From the NCBI GenBank assembly GCA_963843145.1, contig CAWJJC010000028.1:224001-288000 (forward strand): a stretch of DNA of 64,000 bases, given 5' to 3'. The stretch's first letter is position 1; each line of letters begins with the position of its first letter. Position numbers and translations under genes: made by a program. Shown one piece after another: positions 27,340 through 35,863 of this stretch. Below the pieces are notes generated by a model. The model was not told the origin of the DNA, searched no databases, and saw only the letters and a list, made by a program, of their open reading frames with translations. This stretch comes from an uncultured delta proteobacterium. GTDB lineage: Bacteria; Desulfobacterota; RBG-13-43-22.

Positions 27340-28872
27340 CTAAAGTGGCGCGGCCGTTTTACGGGCGATCAGGAAAAGGTTGACCCCTTCCGGTTCGGAA
27401 TAAACTTCCACCTCGGCACCGAAAGGCGTGTCGGCCAGAAGGCTGCGGAGCTTCTCCGGATCGCGGTGAATCAGCTTCCATTGCAACAGATGATCCATGA
27501 AGGCCCGATTGGGGTTTCCGGGTCCGAAGTTTCCGGCCACAAACACCCCGCCCGGCTTGAGGTATTCAGAGGCTCGGCGGGCCAGGGCCTGGAAGAGATG
27601 ATCCTCCAAGTAGTCGGTCAGGCCGGCCGAGTAGATAAAGTCCAGGGGGCCAAAGGGATGCTTTTCCCGGCCGATGATCCAGCGGAGCACATCGGCCTGC
27701 ATAAAACGAATGACGGCCTGGTGGGAAAAGACATTGACCTTTTGATGGGTAAATTCCAGCGCCTCGGGGTCCGCATCCAGGCAGATGGCCTCGACGGGAG
27801 CCGGGTCCGTTCTTTCACCCAGGAAGTCAAATAGTTCCCGGCAGGATCCGCAGGCCAGATTGAGGATGCGCATGCTCTCCCGCCGGGAAGCCAGGCGGGC
27901 GGCCTCCTGTTCCAAAAGTTTTTTGAGCAGGCTCCGCCGGCCGCGCACCGCCCGGGCGGCCGAGGTGTTCAGGCACCATTGGTCCACCAGTCCCCCCAGT
28001 CGTCCGTCTCCTTGGGGCCGGTTGGCGTAAATCATTTCCATCATCTGAAAATCGCCGGCGTAGCCCTTCGGTTTATAGTAGGCCCGCTCCGCGAAGCGAC
28101 TGCGCATAAAGTAGGGAAAAATCTCTTTAAAGACATATCCCCAAAAAGGGCCCTCCAGGTCGTGGCCCTCAATCGAACGGCGAAGATCCTCCAATTCCGT
28201 GTTGAAGTGGTCCAGGATGATCTGACAGCGTTCCTGGAAAGGCTCCGGGGGTGATCCCTCCGGGAACTTTTGGAGCCGAATGGACAGGTCAAATAAGTCG
28301 GCTTTAAAGGTTTCCACCAACTGGTTAACCTTCGGCCAAAAGGGGCTTTGAAAGGAGCGAGCCGTCAAGGCCTCGGATTCCTGAAAAGACCGACGGCCGG
28401 TGGAAAGGGCCGCGGAGTAGGCCACCAGGGGTTCCCGCTCCTCGAGGACCCGTCGGAATTTGGCGCAGATTGATCGGGCCAGCAGGGTGACAAAGGCGCT
28501 GTAGAGGGCCGGGGCCCGGTTCTTCATTTCTTCCATGGATTCCTGATCCCAGGTCCGGATGACCGAGTCTTCCGTGGCTCTCAAGGTGCGGACCCGAGAA
28601 TGGTGGTCGAAGAAACCGATTTCCCCGAAAAGTTCGCCGGTTTTGATAAAGGCCACGATGATGGCCTTTTCCAAACCACCGTAAGTTACTTCCACAGTTC
28701 CAGACTCGACATAATTGAGGTTAAAGGCCTGGCTCCCCTCGGTCATAATTACCTCATATTTCGAATAGGGAAGAGGCCGGGACCATTCGATCAATGCCTG
28801 CCAGGTGAGCGGATCGCTCCCCAATCGCCGAGAGGGGGAATCCTCCCTCGTGATTTTCGCGGTGTTGGTCAT
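27340..28872 (-). CDS. cNMP-binding domain fused to a class I SAM methyltransferase of the PhcB (3-OH fatty acid methyl ester synthase)-like type
   Basis: GELFGEIGFF cNMP motif; KPKGYAGDFQMMEMIY, ILNLACGSCRE, DFIYSAGLTDYL, WKLIHR. Confidence 0.72.
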   Translation of the reverse strand: MTNTAKITREDSPSRRLGSDPLTWQALIEWSRPLPYSKYEVIMTEGSQAFNLNYVESGTVEVTYGGLEKAIIVAFIKTGELFGEIGFFDHHSRVRTLRATEDSVIRTWDQESMEEMKNRAPALYSAFVTLLARSICAKFRRVLEEREPLVAYSAALSTGRRSFQESEALTARSFQSPFWPKVNQLVETFKADLFDLSIRLQKFPEGSPPEPFQERCQIILDHFNTELEDLRRSIEGHDLEGPFWGYVFKEIFPYFMRSRFAERAYYKPKGYAGDFQMMEMIYANRPQGDGRLGGLVDQWCLNTSAARAVRGRRSLLKKLLEQEAARLASRRESMRILNLACGSCRELFDFLGERTDPAPVEAICLDADPEALEFTHQKVNVFSHQAVIRFMQADVLRWIIGREKHPFGPLDFIYSAGLTDYLEDHLFQALARRASEYLKPGGVFVAGNFGPGNPNRAFMDHLLQWKLIHRDPEKLRSLLADTPFGAEVEVYSEPEGVNLFLIARKTAAPL

Positions 28873-29179
28873 AAGGCGCCCATTTCTGTCGGTTTTTTCC
28901 CTCCCATATAGCCTGAAGGGCTGCGGGAGGGGAAAGTTTTGTCTTCACTTTTTATTATCTGACAGGAAGGTAGAGAAGATGAAAAATAATATGTATCCCT
29001 AACCATTATCGGAATAATCGAAAAAAAAATAAATGTAAATCCTTAATTTTTTTTGAGGATGACGGGGAAGTAAAAAAGATCTTTAATTTACAATGGTTAC
29101 ACAATTTTTAGGGTCCAAGCCGATAAAACCTCCATCGATATCAGGCCGGTGAACCTAGAGGGAATGATTCCCTTCTTCC

Positions 29180-29208
29180 TTGACCCTCCAGAGGAAACGG
29201 CGTACAGT
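29180..29208 (+). promoter_or_regulatory. Putative sigma70 promoter of the helicase gene
   Basis: TTGACC-N17-TACAGT. Confidence 0.5.
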
Positions 29209-29296
29209 TCCATCCGTTGAAAACCCTTTCGCCGAGACGCGGCATTCATCCCCGGTAGAGGGGTATCCACCCCGGAGGACGAACCGTAATAAAAGT

Positions 29297-30871
29297 ATGG
29301 CTAAGACTAATTCCGTAGAGATCAACGAGCAATTTCAACGGGCCCTGGACCTGATGGAGAAGACCCAGCGGCAGGTCTTCATCACCGGCAAGGCGGGAAC
29401 GGGCAAATCCACACTGCTTGATTATTTCCGGAGAACCACGAAAAAGAAAGTGGCCGTGCTGGCGCCCACCGGAGTGGCCGCCCTCAACGTTCAGGGCCAG
29501 ACCATCCATTCATTCTGCGGATTCAAACCGAATATATCTCTGGAAAACGTCAAAAAGATTGCCCGCAAGGACAGTCCCCGGGCGGTTCTCCTTCGGAATC
29601 TGGACACCCTGGTAATCGACGAGATCTCCATGGTCCGGGCCGATCTCCTGGATTGCGTGGAAAAATTCCTGCGTCTCAACGGGCCCCGGTCCTCCCAGCC
29701 GTTCGGGGGACTCCAGATGATTCTAATCGGCGATCTGTATCAGCTTCCTCCGGTCCTCACCTCGGCGGAAAAAACCGTCTTCAGCCTTCACTATGAGACG
29801 CCCTACTTCTTTTCCGCCCATATTTTGAATGACCCGGAGTTCAACCTGGAATTGGTGGAACTGGAGAAAATTTACCGGCAGACCGATGCTGATTTCATCG
29901 GTTTGTTGAATGCCATCCGCAACCGCTCGGCGGACGAGGAGGACCTGACCCGTCTGAACCGTAATTGCAACCCGGCCTTTGTCCCCCCGGAGAACGAATT
30001 TTACATTTACCTGACCAGCACCAACGATCAGGCCCTGACGCGGAACCGGGAAAAGCTGGGCCGTCTGCCCGGCCGATTTTATACCTATGAGGCTACGGCC
30101 CAGGGGGATTTTGAACGCTCCGCCTATCCGACCGACGAGCACCTGGAAGTGAAGCGGGGGGCCCAGGTCATGCTTCTGAACAACGACTCCCTGGGCCGCT
30201 GGGTCAACGGCTCGATCGGCCGGATTGTTAAAATTCATCGCCAGGCCGACGGGGAAGATCGTATCGAAGTGGAATTGCCCAGCGGCCGGAGGGTGGAGGT
30301 AACGCCCTTCCGCTGGCAGATTTTTCGTTTTGACTATGATTCGGAGGCCAAAAAGATATTTTCGGAGCCGGTGGGATCTTTTACTCAATATCCCCTCAAA
30401 CTGGCCTGGGCCATTACCATTCATAAGAGCCAGGGGAAGACCTTCCCCAAAGTGGTCATCGACATCGGTCGCGGCACCTTTGCCCACGGCCAGATTTATG
30501 TGGCCTTGAGCCGCTGTACCGGGCTTGAGGGGTTAATCCTCAGCCAGCCCATCCGGAAACAGCATATCCTGATGGATTACCGGGTAGTGAATTTCCTGAC
30601 GCGTTTTCAATATCAAAAGGCCGAGGAAAAGCTGTCCCACCAGGAAAAGGTGCTCCTGGTCAGAGAGGCGATTGCGCAAAAAGGGGATCTCGATATCGTT
30701 TATCTGAAACCGGACGACACCAAATCCCGGCGCCGCATCCGTCCGGAAGCCTTTGGGCCGATGGAGTACCAGGGAAAGGCCTTTGAGGGCCTGCGGGCCT
30801 ACTGTTATGAGCGGAAGGGCCAGCGGACCTTCCGCCTCGACCGGATGCTGGAAATTACCCGGACCGGGTAA
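29297..30871 (+). CDS. PIF1-family (SF1B) helicase with C-terminal WYL domain
   Basis: GKAGTGKS, APTGVAA, TIHS, DEISM, FGGLQ...GDLYQLPP, AWAITIHKSQG, YVALSR; WYL-like end IVY...SRRRIRP...LRAYCYER...RTFRLDRM. Confidence 0.9.
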   Translation: MAKTNSVEINEQFQRALDLMEKTQRQVFITGKAGTGKSTLLDYFRRTTKKKVAVLAPTGVAALNVQGQTIHSFCGFKPNISLENVKKIARKDSPRAVLLRNLDTLVIDEISMVRADLLDCVEKFLRLNGPRSSQPFGGLQMILIGDLYQLPPVLTSAEKTVFSLHYETPYFFSAHILNDPEFNLELVELEKIYRQTDADFIGLLNAIRNRSADEEDLTRLNRNCNPAFVPPENEFYIYLTSTNDQALTRNREKLGRLPGRFYTYEATAQGDFERSAYPTDEHLEVKRGAQVMLLNNDSLGRWVNGSIGRIVKIHRQADGEDRIEVELPSGRRVEVTPFRWQIFRFDYDSEAKKIFSEPVGSFTQYPLKLAWAITIHKSQGKTFPKVVIDIGRGTFAHGQIYVALSRCTGLEGLILSQPIRKQHILMDYRVVNFLTRFQYQKAEEKLSHQEKVLLVREAIAQKGDLDIVYLKPDDTKSRRRIRPEAFGPMEYQGKAFEGLRAYCYERKGQRTFRLDRMLEITRTG

Positions 30872-32135
30872 AAGAAAAGCTTTTGTTCCCCAGTTTGATT
30901 TCATCCCCTTCCTTCAGTGGTGCGGATTCCACCTTTTGGCCGTTTACAAATACCCCGTTGGTGCTGCCCAGATCCCGGATAAAGAAATTTTTTCCCTCTC
31001 GGAAAATCTCGCAGTGATGTCCCGAAATGGTCTTTTCCTGAGGGAAAGCCAGGTGGTTGTCGCCCGCGCGACCGATTTTTACTACCGGGAGACGCAGGTC
31101 ATAGAATTCTTTTTGCCCGGCCGGGGACATCGAAATAAGTTGGGGGGGGCCGACCATTAGAGTGGCCTCCAGATCCAGGGGGCGAGGCGGGGACCCCGGG
31201 GTCGGCCGGGGAGTTTCTTGCGGAAGGGGAGGGGGGGCAGGATTGGAAACGGGTGGGCTGGACGCGGGTTGGGGGGTCTGGACGGCGGGTGAAGGCGTCC
31301 GAGGCGGCGCAGGGATTTCCATCACGGGAAACCCGCAAGCCGGGCAGAATTTCGCCTCCGGATCCGGGATCGGGGTATGGCAACTAAGGCACAGGGGCGC
31401 CCTGGGGTGATAGGCCGGTTTCGGAGGTTCAGGGGGCGTGGCGGGTTTGGCCGGTTGGGGCGCCCTGGCCGGTCCCGAGGGCCGTTGCGGGGGAGGCGGC
31501 GCGACCGGCGGTCCGGACCGGGTCCCCGCCTCGACGCCCGAAGCGCTATTTTCCAGGAGGTCGTCATAAAAGCGGGCCACGGCGGTCTGTAGATAAGGCA
31601 TGATCCACAAAAACCCGATGCCCATGGTCAAGGCCCCCAGCAGGAACCAGCCGAAAAAACGGAGGAAGAGACAAAACAGTTTCCAGCGGTTGCCGTTCAT
31701 CAAGGTTTTGCTTCTCAGCAGGGCCTCCTTTCCTTTCAGTCCCGGATTTTCCGCCATCAGGAAAAAGGTCAGGGCATAGGACAGAGCGGCCATGATTCCG
31801 GGGATGATGAACAGTAGGGACCAGAGGAAAATGAATAAGGCCATCAAGAGATAAGTAATCAGGGCGTCCACGAACCGTTGCAGCCCGTCAAAGAGCTGGG
31901 ATAAGGCCGCCTCTTGTTTCCTCGACAGGGTCAGGATGAAGTAGGTAAGGCCCAGGAACAGCGGGCCCCCGATGATCAGGGTGGATACACGTCCAATCAG
32001 CGGGATGAACTGTCCCACGCTGATCAAGGCCAGGTAGATTAAATTTCCAACCACGGCCAAGCCCCATTTCCCTTTTAGGGCTTCCCGGGCCTGCTGCATC
32101 AGATCTCGATTAGCGGTCAGCATGGTTCCCTCCAC
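30855..32135 (-). CDS. DUF975 membrane protein fused to Pro-rich linker, zinc ribbon and FHA domain
   Basis: AREALKGKWG, LWSLLFIIPGI, SKTLMNGNRWKLF; CLSC...FCPACG; KIGRA...ISGHHC...DLGSTNG. Confidence 0.85.
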   Translation of the reverse strand: MEGTMLTANRDLMQQAREALKGKWGLAVVGNLIYLALISVGQFIPLIGRVSTLIIGGPLFLGLTYFILTLSRKQEAALSQLFDGLQRFVDALITYLLMALFIFLWSLLFIIPGIMAALSYALTFFLMAENPGLKGKEALLRSKTLMNGNRWKLFCLFLRFFGWFLLGALTMGIGFLWIMPYLQTAVARFYDDLLENSASGVEAGTRSGPPVAPPPPQRPSGPARAPQPAKPATPPEPPKPAYHPRAPLCLSCHTPIPDPEAKFCPACGFPVMEIPAPPRTPSPAVQTPQPASSPPVSNPAPPPLPQETPRPTPGSPPRPLDLEATLMVGPPQLISMSPAGQKEFYDLRLPVVKIGRAGDNHLAFPQEKTISGHHCEIFREGKNFFIRDLGSTNGVFVNGQKVESAPLKEGDEIKLGNKSFSFTRSG

Positions 32136-32331
32136 CTACCGTTTTAGTAGCGCCTTCTATTTATAAAGCATAACATAGGTTTAAGGAAAGTGTAAATAGC
32201 TCAGAACACCAAGCGAGGTGTTCCCAAAAAGAAAAGTCTTTTGGGATCCTTAGCCTAATTGTTCTGAGTCCTGACTCCTGACCGCCGTAGTCCTTGCATC
32301 TTTTTCCAAACTGCTTTAAATAAGAAACACG

Positions 32332-35300
32332 ATGAATGAAACCTTCTGGGAAAATGAGGTGGCCCGCTTAAGCCGGGCGGGTGATGCCTTGGAAAGGCTG
32401 ATCCAAGCTATTGGCGGAGGGCAGCTCCCGGCGCGGTTGCGGGGCCTGCAAGGTTCGGCCGGGCCCTACGCTACCGCTCAAATCCGGTCCGGCAGTCAGC
32501 GGCCGGTAATGGTGATCTGTCCCGACGCCCGGTCGGCTTCATCCTTCTACCAGGATCTCCTCTTTTTTACCCAGCGTCAACTCCTGGAGGGGGCTCACCT
32601 GCTTTCCGATGCCCCGATCCTTTTCCCGGCCTACGAAAAGTCCGATTTTCGGGAATTTGTCCCCCAAACAGACCTGGCCGCCCAGCGACTGGGCTGTCTC
32701 TACGCCCTGCTGACGCACCCGGGGCAGGCCCTGGGCGTGACCTCCCTGGAGGCCCTGCTGAGCCCGGTGATTCCCCGAGAGGTCCTTTCCGAAAATGTGG
32801 ATTACCTGGCCAGAGGTGAAGAGGCGGATCGGGAAAAAGTCCTGGCGCAACTGGTCTTCTGGGGATACGCCTCAACGCCCCTGGTCGAGGAGCCGGGGGA
32901 TTTCAGCGTCCGCGGGGGGATCCTGGACGTCTACCCGCCCCTTTATGCCAACCCGGTGCGGATCGAATTTTTCGGCGACCTGGTGGAGTCCATCCGGGAG
33001 TTCAACCCGGCCACCCAACGGTCCCTCCGGGACCTCCCGGAGCTGTACCTGCTGCCGATCAGCGAAGTGATCGTGGCGCCCGAAAGGCTGGCCAAGGCCC
33101 AAGCGCGGCTGGCCGCAGCCCAGGCCGCGGAGGCCCTATCGGAAAAAGAGGCCAACTGGCTGAGGCACCGTTTGGAAGAAGGCCTGCCGGCAGGCGGGGT
33201 CGAACGTTGGCTGGACTGGTTTTATGAGCCGGCCGGGACCGTCCACGATTATCTCCCGGCCAATACCCTCTGGATCTGGAACGGTTCCCTGTCCTTACAG
33301 CGAAGCTGGGAGACCCTCAGCGATGAACCCTGGGAAACGTTCTTTCGGAAATTTGCCGGCCGGGATTATTTGCTCCTGGAAGACCTGCCTTTGGAAGGCG
33401 GAGCCGAGGAGGAGGGCCGAATCTGGCATTTGCCGGCCGTTGAAAACCAGGATGTCCGGCAAATCATCCGGGGCCAGTCCACTTCCCGGGAATCGTGGGC
33501 TGAAATGTCCCGCTTGATCACGGGCTGGTTGGAATTGGGCCAGGAAATCTGGCTGGTGGTTTCCCAGGATCATCAGGCCCGCCGTCTCCGGGATATTCTT
33601 TCTTTTTACCAGATGAAGGCCCAGGTGATCTCCGAACAAAAGGTGAATTTCGGCCGCCAGGGGACGGGTCTGTACCTGGTCACCGGGAGGTTGTCCGCCG
33701 GGTTCCGCCTTCAGGTCCCGCCACTGGTGGTCATCACCGAAGAAGAGATCTTTGAGCTAAAAAAAGAGGTGCGAAGAAAAGGGCAGGCGGAAAACATCCA
33801 GGCCTATATCAGCTCCCTGGACGATCTCCAGGTAGGGGACCTGGTGGTGCATCGGGAACACGGTGTCGCCAGTTATCAGGGCCTACAGCGTTTCACGATC
33901 GACGGCCTGGAAGGAGAATTCCTTTTCCTTTCGTACGCCGAGGGGGATAAGCTCTATTTGCCGGTCGACCGGCTGCAGGGGATCCATAAATTTTTAGGAT
34001 TGGAAGGACAGGTCCCCCGGCTGGATCGTTTGGGGGGGCTCTCCTGGAACAAGGCCAAGTCCCGGGTCAAAAAGGCGGTGGAAAAAATCGCCCAGGAACT
34101 GCTCGACCTGTACGCCCGCCGGTCGCTGACCAAGGGCTTTGCCTTTTCTCCGCGGGACCAGTTATTCAAGGAATTCGAAGCCGGCTTTCCCTATGAGGAA
34201 ACCCCGGACCAGCTCCGAGCTATCGAGGACGTCCTCTCGGACATGGAGGCGGAAAAACCCATGGACCGCCTGGTCTGTGGGGACGTGGGGTACGGTAAGA
34301 CCGAAGTGGCCCTGCGGGCGGCCTTCAAGACCGCCATGGACGGCAAACAAGTGGCTTTCCTGGTCCCGACCACGGTTTTGGCCGAGCAGCACTATCAAAC
34401 CATGGTGCGACGCTTTGAGGGTTATCCCCTGGAAGTGAGGATTTTAAGTCGATTCAAATCCCCCAAGGAGCAGAAGGAGACCCTGGCGGATCTGGCCGCC
34501 GGGAAGGTCGATGTGGTGGTGGGCACGCACCGCCTGCTGCAAAAAGACCTTCAGTTCCGGGACCTGGGTTTAATCATCGTGGACGAAGAGCAGCGATTTG
34601 GGGTGACCCACAAGGAGCGGCTCAAGACCCTGCGAACGCAGGTGGATTCCCTGACCTTGACCGCCACCCCCATACCTCGGACCCTGCACCTCTCCCTCTC
34701 CGGGATCCGGGACCTGAGTACCATCGAAACCCCGCCCGAAGAACGACAGTCCATCCGGACCTACATCGTCCGCTTCGAAGAAGACAAGATCGTCGAGGCC
34801 GTGCAGCGGGAATTGCTCCGGGGCGGGCAGGTTTTCTTCGTCCATAACCGGGTCCACAACATCCAGGCCATGGCCTTTTACCTGCGAAAAATCCTCCCTC
34901 AGGCCCGTATCGGGGTGGCCCATGGACAATTGCCGGCCCATGAGCTGGAGCGGGTGATGCTGCAATTCGTCCATCGGGAGCTCGACCTGCTGGTCTGCAC
35001 CACCATTATTGAGTCCGGGTTGGACATCCCCAGCGCCAACACCATTATCATCAACCAGGCGGACCGACTGGGGCTGGCTCAGATGTATCAGCTCCGGGGG
35101 CGGGTGGGACGCTCTCGGGAGCGGGCCTATGCCTATCTGCTCATCTCCGGGGAAAGTACCCTCACCCGCGATGCCCAGAAGCGGCTGAAGGTCCTCATGG
35201 ACTTCAGTGAACTGGGGGCCGGTTTTAAAATCGCCCTCCACGACCTGCAGATCCGCGGGGGCGGCAACCTCCTGGGCACCAGCCAGTCCGGGCATATTGC

Positions 35301-35820
35301 CGCCGTGGGGTATGAATTTTATATCGAGATGCTGGAGCAGGCCATTAACGGGTTAAAGGGGGAAAAGATCGAGGCGGACTGGGAGCCCGAAGTCCGGGTT
35401 CGAGCGGCGGCCCTGATTCCGGAGTCCTATATCCCCGCTACCGGTCAACGGCTTTCCGTCTACAAGCGTCTGGGGTCCACCCCGGATGAAGATCGACTGA
35501 TGGAAATCGCCGGGGAATTAAAGGATCGTTTCGGTCCCATCCCCCCGGAGTTGGAAAATCTACTGAAGATCATTTCTCTCAAAATCAAAATGAAACCCCT
35601 GGGCATCCAGCGGCTGGAATTATTGGACCGGGAGATGGCCCTGGTCTTTTCACCCCAGGGGGACTGGAACCTCGACCGCCTGATCGAATTGGTTCACCAG
35701 GAACCCCGAACCTATCAGTTTAAAGGAGAGGGGAAGCTGCTTGTGGCCCTGGGGGAGGAACCCGATTTATTGGAGGCCGCCGGCCGGTTTCTGACGAGGC
35801 TTAAAATATTGGTCGATTAG
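32332..35820 (+). CDS. mfd: Transcription-repair coupling factor
   Basis: VRGGILD, VVHREHG (CarD/RID), ETPDQ, GDVGYGKT, DEEQRFG, TATPIPRT, QLRGRVGR, TRCF C-terminus. Confidence 0.97.
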   Translation: MNETFWENEVARLSRAGDALERLIQAIGGGQLPARLRGLQGSAGPYATAQIRSGSQRPVMVICPDARSASSFYQDLLFFTQRQLLEGAHLLSDAPILFPAYEKSDFREFVPQTDLAAQRLGCLYALLTHPGQALGVTSLEALLSPVIPREVLSENVDYLARGEEADREKVLAQLVFWGYASTPLVEEPGDFSVRGGILDVYPPLYANPVRIEFFGDLVESIREFNPATQRSLRDLPELYLLPISEVIVAPERLAKAQARLAAAQAAEALSEKEANWLRHRLEEGLPAGGVERWLDWFYEPAGTVHDYLPANTLWIWNGSLSLQRSWETLSDEPWETFFRKFAGRDYLLLEDLPLEGGAEEEGRIWHLPAVENQDVRQIIRGQSTSRESWAEMSRLITGWLELGQEIWLVVSQDHQARRLRDILSFYQMKAQVISEQKVNFGRQGTGLYLVTGRLSAGFRLQVPPLVVITEEEIFELKKEVRRKGQAENIQAYISSLDDLQVGDLVVHREHGVASYQGLQRFTIDGLEGEFLFLSYAEGDKLYLPVDRLQGIHKFLGLEGQVPRLDRLGGLSWNKAKSRVKKAVEKIAQELLDLYARRSLTKGFAFSPRDQLFKEFEAGFPYEETPDQLRAIEDVLSDMEAEKPMDRLVCGDVGYGKTEVALRAAFKTAMDGKQVAFLVPTTVLAEQHYQTMVRRFEGYPLEVRILSRFKSPKEQKETLADLAAGKVDVVVGTHRLLQKDLQFRDLGLIIVDEEQRFGVTHKERLKTLRTQVDSLTLTATPIPRTLHLSLSGIRDLSTIETPPEERQSIRTYIVRFEEDKIVEAVQRELLRGGQVFFVHNRVHNIQAMAFYLRKILPQARIGVAHGQLPAHELERVMLQFVHRELDLLVCTTIIESGLDIPSANTIIINQADRLGLAQMYQLRGRVGRSRERAYAYLLISGESTLTRDAQKRLKVLMDFSELGAGFKIALHDLQIRGGGNLLGTSQSGHIAAVGYEFYIEMLEQAINGLKGEKIEADWEPEVRVRAAALIPESYIPATGQRLSVYKRLGSTPDEDRLMEIAGELKDRFGPIPPELENLLKIISLKIKMKPLGIQRLELLDREMALVFSPQGDWNLDRLIELVHQEPRTYQFKGEGKLLVALGEEPDLLEAAGRFLTRLKILVD

Positions 35821-35863
35821 TGGGTCGGAGCGGATCCGGCTGGTCTCGATCAGACCCACTAAT

